Source: Camelus ferus
Taxonomy: Eukaryota
Direction of reading: 5' to 3'
DNA: 64,000 nt
Assembly: GCF_009834535.1 (NCBI RefSeq)
Contig: NC_045696.1
Location: 66,466,001-66,530,000 of the forward strand
The position numbers and the translations under genes were made by a program. The notes beneath the pieces are model-generated. The model did no database searches, had not been told where the DNA came from, and saw only the letters and a program-made list of their open reading frames with translations. Positions 27,700 to 39,610 of this stretch are shown here, in pieces; position 1 is the stretch's first letter, and each line of letters opens with the position of its first letter.

Positions 27700-28205
27700 A
27701 CACATGTGGTTTCATATAGCCCTATAATAAATCTTTTTCCCCCTACCCCTATATAGGCCCCCCCTTCCCTCTCCCCACTGGTAACTGCTAGTTATCTATA
27801 TCTGTGAGTCTGCTACTTCTCGGTTTTATTCACTAGTTTGTTGTATTTTTTTAGATTCTACATATAAGTGATACCATATAGTATCTGTCTTTCTTGGTCT
27901 GATTTATTTCACTTAGCATAATGCCCTCCAAGTCCATCCATATTGCTGCAAATGGCAAATTTTCATTCTTTTTTTACAGCTGAGTACTATTCTGTTAAAC
28001 ACACACACACACACTTACACACACACACACACACACACACACTACATCTTCTTTATCTATTCAACTGTTGATGGACACTTAGGTTTCTTCCATACCTTGG
28101 TAATTATAAACATTGCTGCTATGAACACTGGGGTGCATGTATCGTTTCGAATTAGTGTTTTATTTTTATTTTTTTTGGCTATATACTCAGGAGTGGAATA
28201 TCTGA
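27700..28205 (-). mobile_element. L1 3' fragment with internal (CA)n microsatellite (~27998-28041)
   Basis: ctctccccactggtaactgctag...agattctacatataagtgata...gctatgaacactggggtgcatgtatc. Confidence 0.85.
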
Positions 28206-28789
28206 GTCAGACAGTAGCTGCTTCTAATAACATATGCTCCAAGAAAACTGGGCTCCTTTCTTTTCCAAAACATGCTCTGTGTTTTCTAAAAATAGGCATA
28301 TTTCATACTTTTTTTCTCCCTAGAATGCCATTGTATCTCCCCCATATCACTCTATTGAAATCCTATCTGTCCTACAAAGTTTAGGTTAACCTCTACCTCT
28401 TCCACGAAGTTCTCAGAAGCTAGAAGTAATAAAGTCTTTTAAAGTATCTTAAAACGTGTTACATTTTACTTTGAATTGTATTTGTTTCATGTCCCCCTCA
28501 ATTGTCTTTTTTGAGGACAGATCTTTTTTCTATGCTTACATTCTCCATTAAATCAAGCTAGTCCCTTAAACATAACAGATACGTAAGAGGTACATATTAC
28601 ATTTATGCAATTATTATGCATCTTACTAAAGATAAAATATTTCAAAAACAAGAGTTGTTTTCAAATATCTGAGATGCTGTCAAGTGAATGGACTTAACTG
28701 TTTTCTATTGCCCTCACAAAGGATGATGAAAAGAAATTGATAGAAGTTACAGAGGCCATAAGGATTGAAAAAGGAGGCTTTCCCTGGGT

Positions 28790-28849
28790 TTTTCAGGGTG
28801 TATACCAGCTAAATATTTTCAGGGTGTATGCCAGCTAAATATACCAGCT
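28790..28849. repeat. 26-bp tandem duplication plus partial third copy
   Basis: ttttcagggtgtataccagctaaata / ttttcagggtgtatgccagctaaata / taccagct. Confidence 0.9.
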
Positions 28850-28857
28850 TCCTATTT

Positions 28858-29740
28858 ACTTCATTCAGCCATGCACTGGTTCTTTCAGTTAATTAGTTGA
28901 TTGACAATATTGATATATGTCAGGCACTATCCTAATTGCTGGGTACACAATAGTGAACAAAATATTCCTGCCTTCATGAAGCTTGTGATTTATTAAAGGA
29001 GAAAGACAAAAAACCAAACAGAAATATATAGATTGTGGTCAGTGCCATGAAGAAAAATGACAGTGTACTGTGCAATAGATCATGACAGGGGTTTTGTATT
29101 ATAAGCACACACAAAAAATCCCTCTGAGAAAGTAACATTTAGGTTGGTAACTGAAGAATGGGGGTCGAGGGGAATTCTACAGAGAGAGTAACATGTGAAA
29201 AGGATCTGAGGTTTGAAAGTTCAGGATAAATTTAAGAAAATAAAAGAGTATAGTATAAACAGAGAGCAGGAAGTAGAAGAAATTTGCAAGAGGTAAGACT
29301 GAATTTGGCATTGGCTAGATCATGTACTAACTTGTAGAAAAATTAAGGATTTTGCATTTTATCTCAACTGCAGTGGGAAATCATTGAAGAATACTAAGAT
29401 GGGGAATAACATGATCATATTTGTGAATTTAATAGATCTTGGCTGTCGTATGGAGAATAAATTGGAGGAAGATAATCATGGAAGCTGGGAGACCAGAAAG
29501 AGGGCATTTTTGGTCTACCAAGTGAGGAATTATAGTGTTTTACTCTAGAGCAGTGGCCTGGATTGGAGACAAAGGGAATGGATTAAAGATATATTTTTAA
29601 ATTTAAATGGACAAGGCTGAGTGATTAGCTACTGAGTAGGAGGAAAACTAGGGCTCAAGAATAATTTTAGATATTTTGGTTTGAGCAACCAGGTGGCTAT
29701 TAGTGAATTTAATGATATGAGGAAGACTAGAAAAGAACAA
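28858..29740 (-). mobile_element. LINE-2 (L2) fragment
   Basis: tatgtcaggcactatcctaattgctgggtacacaatagtgaacaaaa...cctctgagaaagtaacattt...gggaaatcattgaag...ttttggtttgagcaaccaggtgg. Confidence 0.8.
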
Positions 29741-32700
29741 ATGAAATCGCGGAGAGATGCTCAATACAGAGATACTTCCTCCTGTCTCCGCTGTTCTCAG
29801 AGGAATCTGGTTGGATTTACCCAGTAGCTCTGTCTCTGTTTTCCCAAGTTTCTCCAGTTTGCTTTTTGGATGTAAAATTATTGTTCAGAGTCCACTCTTG
29901 GTCCCTCGTTGTGTTTAGATCCATCTTCAGACTGCAGATCTGCTGGATTCAGATTCAGAACTGCTGATTACAGCATGCTCTGTTTCCTTAGACACCTTGA
30001 CCTGCAGCCTAGAAGTAAAAAATATAAATATGCTTTTCCATGGAAATCTGAGCACATCACAAATGCAATGGAAAGTAAAAGCGAAAGCAATGTATAAAGT
30101 CTAGTGCAGTTGAACAACATTGAAGTTTTTTATTTGGGACTCTTGAGAAATTTTATACACGTTTTCTTTGTCCCCAGGAAGTTCTCCCCAAATCCTGCCT
30201 GGACTTTCATGAGGCTGTGTCGGTTGGAAATGTGGCATATTTGAAATGAGGGTTTTTCAAAGTTTTAAAGCCCCTGTGTCTTTTTTTTTCCCCCTAATGC
30301 ATTATATGCAAATAAAATCCAAGAGCTCTGGCTGAAGTGGGAGTAGGTGTTTCAAAACGTCTCAAGGACTCTAAGTACCTCTATGCGTCTCACAGGCTGC
30401 AGTCTAATGGTAATTTTAAAAATTTAGCAAGGAAGATTTCAAAATTCAATCCTGATAAGGTCTTTCTGCCAAGGAAAAAGCTTCGTCTACAAAAGTATGA
30501 TTGTCTTGCTAGTTTAGCCACCAGATCACTGTATGCTTGTGTGTTAACTTTCCAATCTAGGCCTGGAGGTCTTCAGCCCAATCCGGGTCTGCATTAGATG
30601 ATCTTCAAAGCTGCTCTCATGCTGGAACATCGATGAGTTTAATTATTGGAGCTTGGCTCTGTTGAGACTGACGCTCTTGATAACTTCTTCAACTTTCCCT
30701 TTGAACTGTAGGTCAGTGTGTGCTTGTGGGAAAAGGGAAGGCGGTAGCAGGTCTGGACGAGCGTGGCACATGGTGGTAGGAAGGAGGCTGTGTGGTTTGT
30801 CTCCCCACCAACAGAAAGCTAGTGACCGAATTTCATTTACGGGCTTAGTTCCAGACGCAACTGTGGGACTGAGAATGACAGGAAGCCTCAGATCACGATC
30901 TGTTTCGTTATCAGGAAAATTTGTGAAGTTATGATTAATGCTCATGGGAAAAAGACATTGTGAATAAACACATTACTTGGCCTTATTGTTCTGTTCTTAA
31001 AATATCACATGAGAGACCCTCTTAAAAGGAATGTCACTGAGGAAAAACATGAATAAATGAAAAAGTTTTATCTCTGGCTTTTAATGTCCTTAAGGCTTTT
31101 CTGAAAGCCCTAGTCAATCATGGCATAATCTTCCAAGGAAAGGGTTACAAGTTTTGCCAACTAAAATGAGGCCATGAATGTAATACAAGGAGAAGTCCCT
31201 ATTTTCATCTGTTCTTTTCTGTTATCCTGCAATAATACAGAAGCAGATCCCTAGAGAATTTGAAATTTCATGCGATAGAATCTGAGGTCTGGCAGTCTTT
31301 CAGATGCAGAGTGTGCAAGTCAGTCTTGTTTTCTTGTGGGTATATCAGGAATGAAGCGGGGGAAAAAATAGAGGAAAGGGACCTTCAACAGTAACTCTTT
31401 CACATATGCCAAAATTTGAGAACCATTTTGGTTAAGTTTATCTCTCAAAGTGCAGTGATGCCTCCAGAAAGGTATATTGCTTTAATAAAATAGTTTTCCT
31501 CCCCTTAAGTTTGCATTGAGGGAGATCAACGGGGGTTGTGGATAAAGAGGAGGGATGGATTCGTTTGGAGTACCCCGTCCCTGGATGTGGGGAAGCAGAT
31601 TGCCTTTGGTTCACTAAAAGCAATCTTAGTAGCCGAGTGAGATTTTGAATTTCCCTTGCTTTGCAATATAACCTAAAGCCCTAGTATAGGAAATGCCCAG
31701 GAGACTAGACCAGATGGGGAGACAGAATCTATCATTTTACATGTGTAGAAGGGCTTTGAAAATGATCAAATACTGCAAAAATTAAAGTGATGTCATTTAA
31801 AAACAGTAATGTTAGTATATATGAAATAATTATTCACAAATCAAAAGTAAAGCCTCTGACTTCTTAGGAGACTGTCTTCAGTCACTGCAATATTTTTAAC
31901 GAGAGTGATTCTTTATCTTTTGAAAGTGCACTTGACTCCAGGAAACATCTAAGCGTCATTTGAAGTTGGTTCTGGAAAATAAGTTAAGGAAGGCCCCTTT
32001 TGGAGTAAAAATTCAGTTTTAATTTAAAACAATATCCAGATTTTCTCTACAAATCCTCAAAACATTGAAACATTGGTATCATAAATGGGATCAGCATATG
32101 GCATCCAGGGTATCTACTTTGAAGGCAATCAACCAGAAAATTTCTTCTATGTTTATTTTAACAAATAAGCATATGGTTAGATTTTGTGTAGTAGAATCCA
32201 GGGTTTGGCAGTCTTTGAGATGCAGACTGTCAAGTTAGTGACCCATGTTTTCTTGTAGGTGTATTAGAAATGAGGTGGGAGAAAAATGAAGATTTTATTT
32301 ATTTAACTTACATCATTGAAACTAAAAGGAAAGAGTCTTCTAAAAAGTTTTGAAGCATATGTGTATATATATATATATATACAGTTCCTTAAAAGTTCTG
32401 ATTAAAAATTTGCAAGTGGTCTGGAGATAATAAATGAAATCGTAAGTATAAATTGCTCCTTCCTTGAGAAGTAAATTGGTCCAAGTCAGTGTACTATTTA
32501 CATTCTGACCTTTTCCAAGGGTAGGGTGATAAGGGGATAAAATTCGATGGAAGAGAGGAGTTAAGAGAGTTAAGATACTGACTTGACCAATTATTTACCA
32601 CAGTTTTCTCAGTTGAGCCACTTCATCACTGCATTTGGGTCTTACTGTCTCCATTTATCAAGTGGGATGGGAGACCGGAGTAGCTGTACCGATGCACATT

Positions 32701-34578
32701 ATTTCCCCTTGATCCCGGATTCTCTTCATGATTCTTCCCTGTGGGGAGAGGCAGAGAGAAGGAGAATGCATATGCTGGGAAGACGGAAGCGGGGAGTTTA
32801 CCCAAGGGGTGGGGGCATCTGGATCGACTCTGCGGTGCCTGGGACTGTTACAACGCGATGGGTTGCCTCAGAACAATAGTGCCAGGTTCCTGCTCTACTG
32901 GCTAAGGCTGGCTGATATTTCAAGGCAAAATCAACAAGCCTTGAGTAAGATGAGACTTTTAATGACCTCACAGGGAGCTAGAAAATTTGCTTGAGAATCA
33001 AAGTTTAACTTTATCCCAGAGCTAAATATAGGAAGATGGGAGTAATTCTTTGGGAAACCACCCAGAATGTGATAACATTACATTTTTGAAATAAAAGAAT
33101 CAGAAATTGCTTAGAGTTGGAGTGGACCTCAGAAGTCTGGCTCCACAGCTTCCTTTACTGATGGGGGTAAAGGCGTCTTGCTTAGGGCATCACACTGGCT
33201 CTTGGTAGAGCCAGAGGCAGATCCAGGGCATTCTGGTTTCCGGTGCTGCTTATTTTATGTGCCTGTCTCTTTCGAAATATATTCATTCCATTCACTCATC
33301 CAAATAGCATTTTCTAGAACATGGACAGTGTTAAGATCCAGTTGGTCTTTTTCTTTTCAAGAAATTAAGAGGATGATGATCTCTCTGAATAAATTTCCAT
33401 TTGGATAATCTGCACACGGTCAGATCCTGCTCATGAAAGGTAATTTGGAAGAGAACCAGCAGGAGTGGGCTGATATATGGAGCACTATGGTTAAAGAAAC
33501 CGCAGGCAGGCACCCAGCCAGGCTGGTGAGGAGGAACAGGTGGTCAGGTAATCAGGAAGCTGGAGTCTATTTTCAGGGGAGCCAAAATGAGCAGTGACGT
33601 CAGAACCTGAAGTATTCAGGTATGATGAATGACAAGTTCTCCAGCAGAGCCACATTGGTGAGTTTTATGGGTTCTACCAATGTTTTTGTTTGAATGAATT
33701 CCTTAAAATCACCGTGATAAGCAAAATAATCTATTTTTTAAAAAACATTTACTTTTGGTACTTCAGCTCTGATAATTTTATTTGGACCACAAAGTTTTAT
33801 TGAACAGATGGAAAAATTCTTCAGAGGACACTTTTCTTTATTTAAAAGGAAATCAAAATTGTTTCTCTTTCCTTTCAAGTTTTTTTTTTTCCATATGTGT
33901 GTATATGTGAACATATATATAGCATATGTTGCCTCTTTCCTAATTTTCTTTTACTCTATTACTCTATAGTTGGTAGTAAATCATATGGGTTATTAATCTT
34001 TGGGTCTACAAATCAAATTTTGGTAAAAGATTGGGCATGGATTTTTATATATATTTAAATAAATATATATTTAAATTATATATTATACGTTTATTACCTC
34101 AGAATGAATTTTTCCTAGATTTGCCACAGACAAAGCTGTTAATAAGATGCTGAAATTTCTGGGGTTAGGGTGGGAAAAACTGTACATCTCCTTGAGACTT
34201 GGAGCGACCTCGTCCTCCAGCAGGTTGGGAAGGCTGCTGTTGCCTATCAGATTCTAGAGAACAGAACCGCAGAGAAGGCTCAGCAGTCCTGGCAGAGGCA
34301 CTTCTAAATGCTATGCGGAGAAGCACGGATGCCAGCCTGCAGGGTACCACAGGCGGGACTAGTTATGATGTGGACCTTGTTGGAGATGGTCCCAAAAGAG
34401 GGAAATGGTGATAAGTGTGGGCACAGCAGACTACAATAATGAGAGAGGGAGACACCCAGCTCTAGAATTCAAGGGGTCTTAGTAGCTGAGGTTTTATTGC
34501 CCAAATAGTTGGCTTTTTTTTTATTTCTCTGTGATCCCACCAGAAGCTGAGTCTGTAGGTTACCAGAATAAGGCTGGA

Positions 34579-35099
34579 CAGCACTATTCACAATAGCCAA
34601 GACACGGAAACAACCCAAATGTCCATTGACAGATGACTGGATAAAGAAGTTGTGGTATATTTATACAATAGAATACTGCTCAGCCATAACAAAGAATAAA
34701 ACAATGCCATTTGCAGGAACATGGATAGACCTGGAGATGATTGTCATTCTAACTGAAGTAAGTTAGAAAGAGAAAGAAAAATACCATATGATTTTTTGTG
34801 TCCTAAAGAAAAGGTCACAAGTGAACTTACCTACAAAATAAAAACAGACTCACAGACATAGAGAATAAACTTATGGTTACCAGGGGGTAGAGGGGGTGTG
34901 AAGGGATAAATTGGGAATCTGAAAATTGTACCTCCTGGGGAGTGATGGAAATGTTAGCCATCTTGATTGTGGTGGTGGTCTCATTGGTGCAAACATCTAT
35001 CACAATTCATCAAATTGTACATCTGAAATATGAGTAGTTTACTGTACAGGAACCATACCACAATAAAGGTGTTTTTTTGTTTGTTTGTTTGTTTTTTAA
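34579..35099 (+). mobile_element. 5'-truncated L1 with atypical (chimeric) 3' end
   Basis: Matches the 6378-6725 L1 until ~34930, then switches to an L1MB/L1MC-like terminus. TSD agaataaggctgga / agaggaaggctgga. Confidence 0.85.
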
Positions 35100-38000
35100 A
35101 GAGGAAGGCTGGAGAAGTTGGCTAGAACAAAGGCTCTCTCAGCAGGTACTAACAGAAATTCCTGTCTAGAGACCCTAACAGGAGGAGGAAGAGAGCTTCA
35201 GTGAAGTGGGCTCTGGACTCAGGTTCAAGTCCTGACACCCTGGCTTATTTCCTCTGTGAATTTTTAACGTTTTCTGCCCAAATTTCATTTTTGGTAAACT
35301 TTGTATAATCATATGTCCTTAGTTTCTCCCCAACTGCCAACTCCAAGGATGAAATAAAATCACAAAATGTTTCCAACTCAGAATCCTCAATGATGGAAAC
35401 TGAACAAAGATGAAAATTTAACACTATGAGAGACGTTAATGTAAATTCTCTACCAAAAAATTGATTTCTTTATATTTCTTCCTATGTTCTCTACACTTAG
35501 CTCTCTAGCAAGGTCCCCAACAAAATGTGGAAACTGCAACAGCCTATGTTTTTGCTGGAAATGGGTATGTTTCATTTTGAAGTGGTCTTCTCCATCCTTT
35601 CCCCATGAAGCTGAGGCCAGCGAGATGAGAACACCTACAGCTGTGCTAGAGCCAGGACACGCCCCAGCATCAGCCTGGGAGCCAGTCACAAGTAAGCCAG
35701 ACCACATACAGAGGCAACTAGTCATAATCAAGGTAGACCAGATGCAGAAGGGAGGTCTGCCAACAGATAGGAAACACTTTGGGGGGCGAGGCTTAGAAAT
35801 ACAGAATCAGCAAGCAATAGGAGGAAATTCAGCCAGGTGTCCAATAGCAAAGCAGTCAGCCTCTGGGGTGGCTGTGAGAGGAGAAAGTCGGTGCCATAGC
35901 AGACAGCTAAAGCTCACTCCCAAGGCTGCTGTCAGCAAGAACTGGGTGCTGGTCCAGACAGCTTACTGGTGTTCATGATATCAGAAAGCTGGGAAAAGGG
36001 GCTTGGTTTAAAAACAGTCTCAGAGCAAGCAGGAACAAGTGGGGCCCCATTTCAGAAAAAGTGGGGTGAATATTTATTTAAGGAGAATGTTTGAAGTGGA
36101 GCTTCAATTCTCATTATTTGTCTTGATGAGAAAATTTCTAGATTAATAGTACAGAATTTCCCCAGCTTGGCCTGAACGTAGGCAGATAAGTTTGATTTGA
36201 CAGTGTGGGTGACAGAAGGACTAGAAAGACCACTTACTGCATATTAAAACCCATAGCCTCTAAATCTGCTTTTCAGCAATAAAGATAATATTTGGGTACT
36301 TATTGCTTCCATTTCTAGGTCTACTCAAGTGGCTGCAAAGTTGAAGTTGGAAAAAGAGAAGTGATTAATTATCAACCCTCATATCTTCAAACAGGAGGAG
36401 ACATGGGTTCAGTTTCTAAACCAGATTTCAAGGGCAGAGCAGGCCAGTAGAAGAACAGTGGAGCTGATGTGGCCATGGGAGAAAGCCTCCTCCAATTACT
36501 GCAGCAGGGCCGAGCCTGCAACGTGGGGTCTCACGTGAAGAACTCAGGGATGGAGGTGGGAAGGGAGTCGCAAAGATAAGCAGGGCATGAGGGTAATCTC
36601 AGAATAATAGCTCACTCGTGTATACGGAGTCATCTGTCTCAGAATTTCTGATGGGTAAGGTTTTTCTTTGCATCCATGCACAGTGGTCTGGCATCTCTAA
36701 TGTAGGAATGAATTAAATTTATTTTCTCTCATGGTCATGACTGTTTCTACAGGCATTGCATCACTCATCAAGATGAGTTCACAGTCGTATTTAGCCTCTG
36801 TCCAATACACATGGTTTTACACACACATACACACACCCTGTCTATATTTATTCTGCAGAAAAATTTTATGAGTCTGTGACTCTAGGTGAATGAGGAACAT
36901 AAAACCAAGTTGCTAACTAAAGAAAAAATGTGGTCTGTACAAGTTTAACCAAAGCAGAATTTTGACAGGAGCTAGTGAGATATTTTAGGCCTAGAAAGAG
37001 GTAGTGTACAGCAGTGGGAGAAAGACTAAATAGCCTTCAGTCCTGGTCCTGTAACTTGCAAACTAACTTTTGGCAAAGTCACCCCTCTTTTATAAGCTTC
37101 ACTTTTCTCATCGGTAAAATTAGAATGCGAATACCTTACTCAGAGAGATCCTTGCAAGTTACATGACTAAAAAGTTGGTAAAAGGAACTGGCCAGATACC
37201 CCACCCTTAGGATTTGGATAGGCCCACTGATCTCGGGATTTCAATCTAAATTGTGTTTTTAGCTAAAATGATGTGGGGAATAATGACCATTCTTTATCTC
37301 ACTTTTTTTTTTCTTTTTCAACTAAGATCTGAGTCTCTGAGGGATGAAGTTGGAATGCCTCCATGAAAGGAGTGTGGGGCCAGAGTGCTTGCAAATGTTT
37401 TATTTGATTTGGAATTTTAAAGCTCCATCAGGAATTAAGGTAAGCCCAGGGACAGAGCTATTAAGGAAATTGGAAAGGAACAGACAGTTCTGGAATGTGG
37501 TAGCTCCTGTTTGATTTGAAATGTAAGTCAAATATTAATTTTTCTAAAAAAAAAAAAAAAACAAAAGCAAACAAACAAAAAAACCCTCTTCCTCCAGGGA
37601 GGCCTTTTTCTCCCTCTCTCTTCTGTTGACAGATTGCTGGTGGCTTGCCTTTCACACTAATTTATTTGGAGGAAAAAAAAAGTCTTCAGATGATCTATTC
37701 GAATAGGAAAAAAAAGTCTTCGAAATAGCTCCCCTGTCGCCAGCATCAACAGCAGCTGAACAGGCCCGGGGTTGTTGCATAGTGAGAATCATTCCTTTCA
37801 TTTCAAGAGAATCAAAGCCGTTTGGGGCAAACGAGAGCCCTGGTTACACATGATCAAAATAAACTAATGTTAGATTTGCTTACGGAAAGTGTCCATGGAG
37901 TCTCCTGCCGAAGTCTGAGCATGCTTTTTATTGTTCCATCGGGATTTTGCAGGGAAGACAGAAGTCAGTTTTGAAAACCTAGGCTGATTTGGGGAAAATA

Positions 38001-38564
38001 ACGAAGGATTTGAAGATCTTGTCTTCCGAATTCCTTCCTGCTAGAGGTTCCCTAAAGCAAGGGGTGCGATGGTGCTGTTGACTTGTAAACAGAAGTCAAA
38101 AGGAAATTCAAGCTCCTGTCAAGATTCATTCCAAATATAATAAAAAAGGAAGTGATTGGATCTCTTTTAAAGCTTTTGGATGGATTCTCCTGTGCTTTGG
38201 CTGGTCTCTGAATTTGCAAGGAATGGGGAATAAAAGCGAAATTGCAGGCTCCCAGTTCATATCCATCTTAGCAGCAATTTCAACATCTTATACTTCCGAT
38301 GGCCCCTTTTCTCAAATCATCATTTCTTTTTTTCTTACTTTTATGTATTTTTGTTTTCTTTCTCTTAAAATTTTTTTTCTTTTTTTGCAAAGCTACTATC
38401 AGCCAGTGCTCCACGGCATTCAGCATACATGTTTTATATTTTGGCATATAAAATTAAGCATACTGCTCCTGCCACTGCCCGTCTATGTGGCCTGTGGGCC
38501 TGTTTCCTCATTTGTAAAATAAGAGAATTGAGTGAGACTTGTAGTGCTCAAACTATGTTCTTCC

Positions 38565-38772
38565 CAGGGTTCTTCAGCTTGTGCACTGTTGATGCTTTAG
38601 GATGGTAGTTGCTGTGGGAGGCTGTCCTGGTCGTCAAGGGATGGTTGGCACCATCACGGGCCTCTACCTGTTAGATGCCTGTAGTTCAACTGTACTCTCT
38701 CCCCTGGTTGTGAAAAACCAACAACACCTCCAGACATCGTCAAATGTCCCCTGGGATGAAAAAGTCACTACC
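38565..38772. mobile_element. MER20 (hAT-Charlie) DNA transposon
   Basis: ggaggctgtcctgg...gggcctctacctgttagatgcctgtag...gttgtgaaaaccaacaacacctccagacatcgtcaaatgtcccctggga. Confidence 0.8.
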
Positions 38773-38777
38773 TAAAG

Positions 38778-38951
38778 CAGTAGTTCTCCAACTTTGGTGG
38801 GTAGCAAAACCACTGGGGAACTTGGTAAAAACATAAAGGCCCAGACTTGATTCAATTACAAGGCCAGAGCCTCTGTGGTTTTTATTATTATTATACTATT
38901 ATTATTATTATTATTAGTTTTTAAATACACAACAAAGCTTAAGAACCACTG
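38778..38951. mobile_element. MER5-type hAT-Charlie element with internal (TTA)n
   Basis: Termini cagtagttctc...gaaccactg. Confidence 0.65.
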
Positions 38952-38974
38952 TTCATAAAGAATTGTATTGATGA

Positions 38975-39105
38975 AGTGGTTCTCAAAGTATGATTCTTGT
39001 TCCAAGAGCCTCAGCATCACCAAGGAACCTGTTAGAAAGGCACATTTTGGGGCTCCACCCTAGGCTTAGTGCATCAGAAACTCTGAGATGGAACCCAGTT
39101 GTCTA
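38975..39105. mobile_element. MER5A fragment
   Basis: gtggttctcaaagtatg...cagcatcaccaaggaacctgttagaaaggcacattttggggctccacc...atcagaaactctgagatggaacccag. Confidence 0.75.
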
Positions 39106-39432
39106 GGAAATGGCCCAGGCAAATAAGTGGAATTTGGCACACCCAGAAAGACATTCAGGAATGAGAAAGACCCAGGGAAGACTAATTTCTCAACACAGAG
39201 TTGATACCATCGGGCAGAGTATTGCCTGGAATCAACTTCTCTGTCTGCATGGCTCTTATCACCATATGGTCCTGAACTCTTGTTCTGATTCAGCCTGAAA
39301 AGGCAGATCAGATTGTCCTTCTTGGGGAGGGGAGATCTGAAGGATGGCACATCTCAGACTCATGAATCCTCCATGGCACCTTGAGTCCTAACTCATAGAC
39401 TTACTCTTTGGGCAATGGCATTGACTCAAGAC

Positions 39433-39610
39433 CTATGGTTCTCAATCTTGGCTTCATATCAGAATCACTTAAAGGAAATTTAAAAATCTCAGTGCTCAGG
39501 CCATACCCCAGACCAATTAAATCAGAATCTCTCTGAGTGGGAAGCAGATATCAGTATTTTTGCCTTCTTAGATGAGTCCAATGTTCAAGCAAACTTGAGA
39601 TGGCAATTGA
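39433..39610. mobile_element. MER5-type hAT-Charlie element
   Basis: tggttctcaatcttggcttcatatcagaatcac...caggccataccccagaccaattaaatcagaatctct...aacttgaga. Confidence 0.75.

Noticed and set aside
28790..28849. Short tandem repeats (also 15369, 54436, 55943) as a CRISPR-like or regulatory array
   Set aside because: Only 2-3 abutting copies without spacers in a mammalian genome; ordinary slippage duplications.
34043..34087. AT-only tract with inverted symmetry
   Set aside because: Low-complexity AT sequence is self-complementary by composition.
35484..35978. 164-aa ORF upstream of P3H2
   Set aside because: No recognisable domain or exon structure. The region may be a decayed ancient LTR, which I could not classify.
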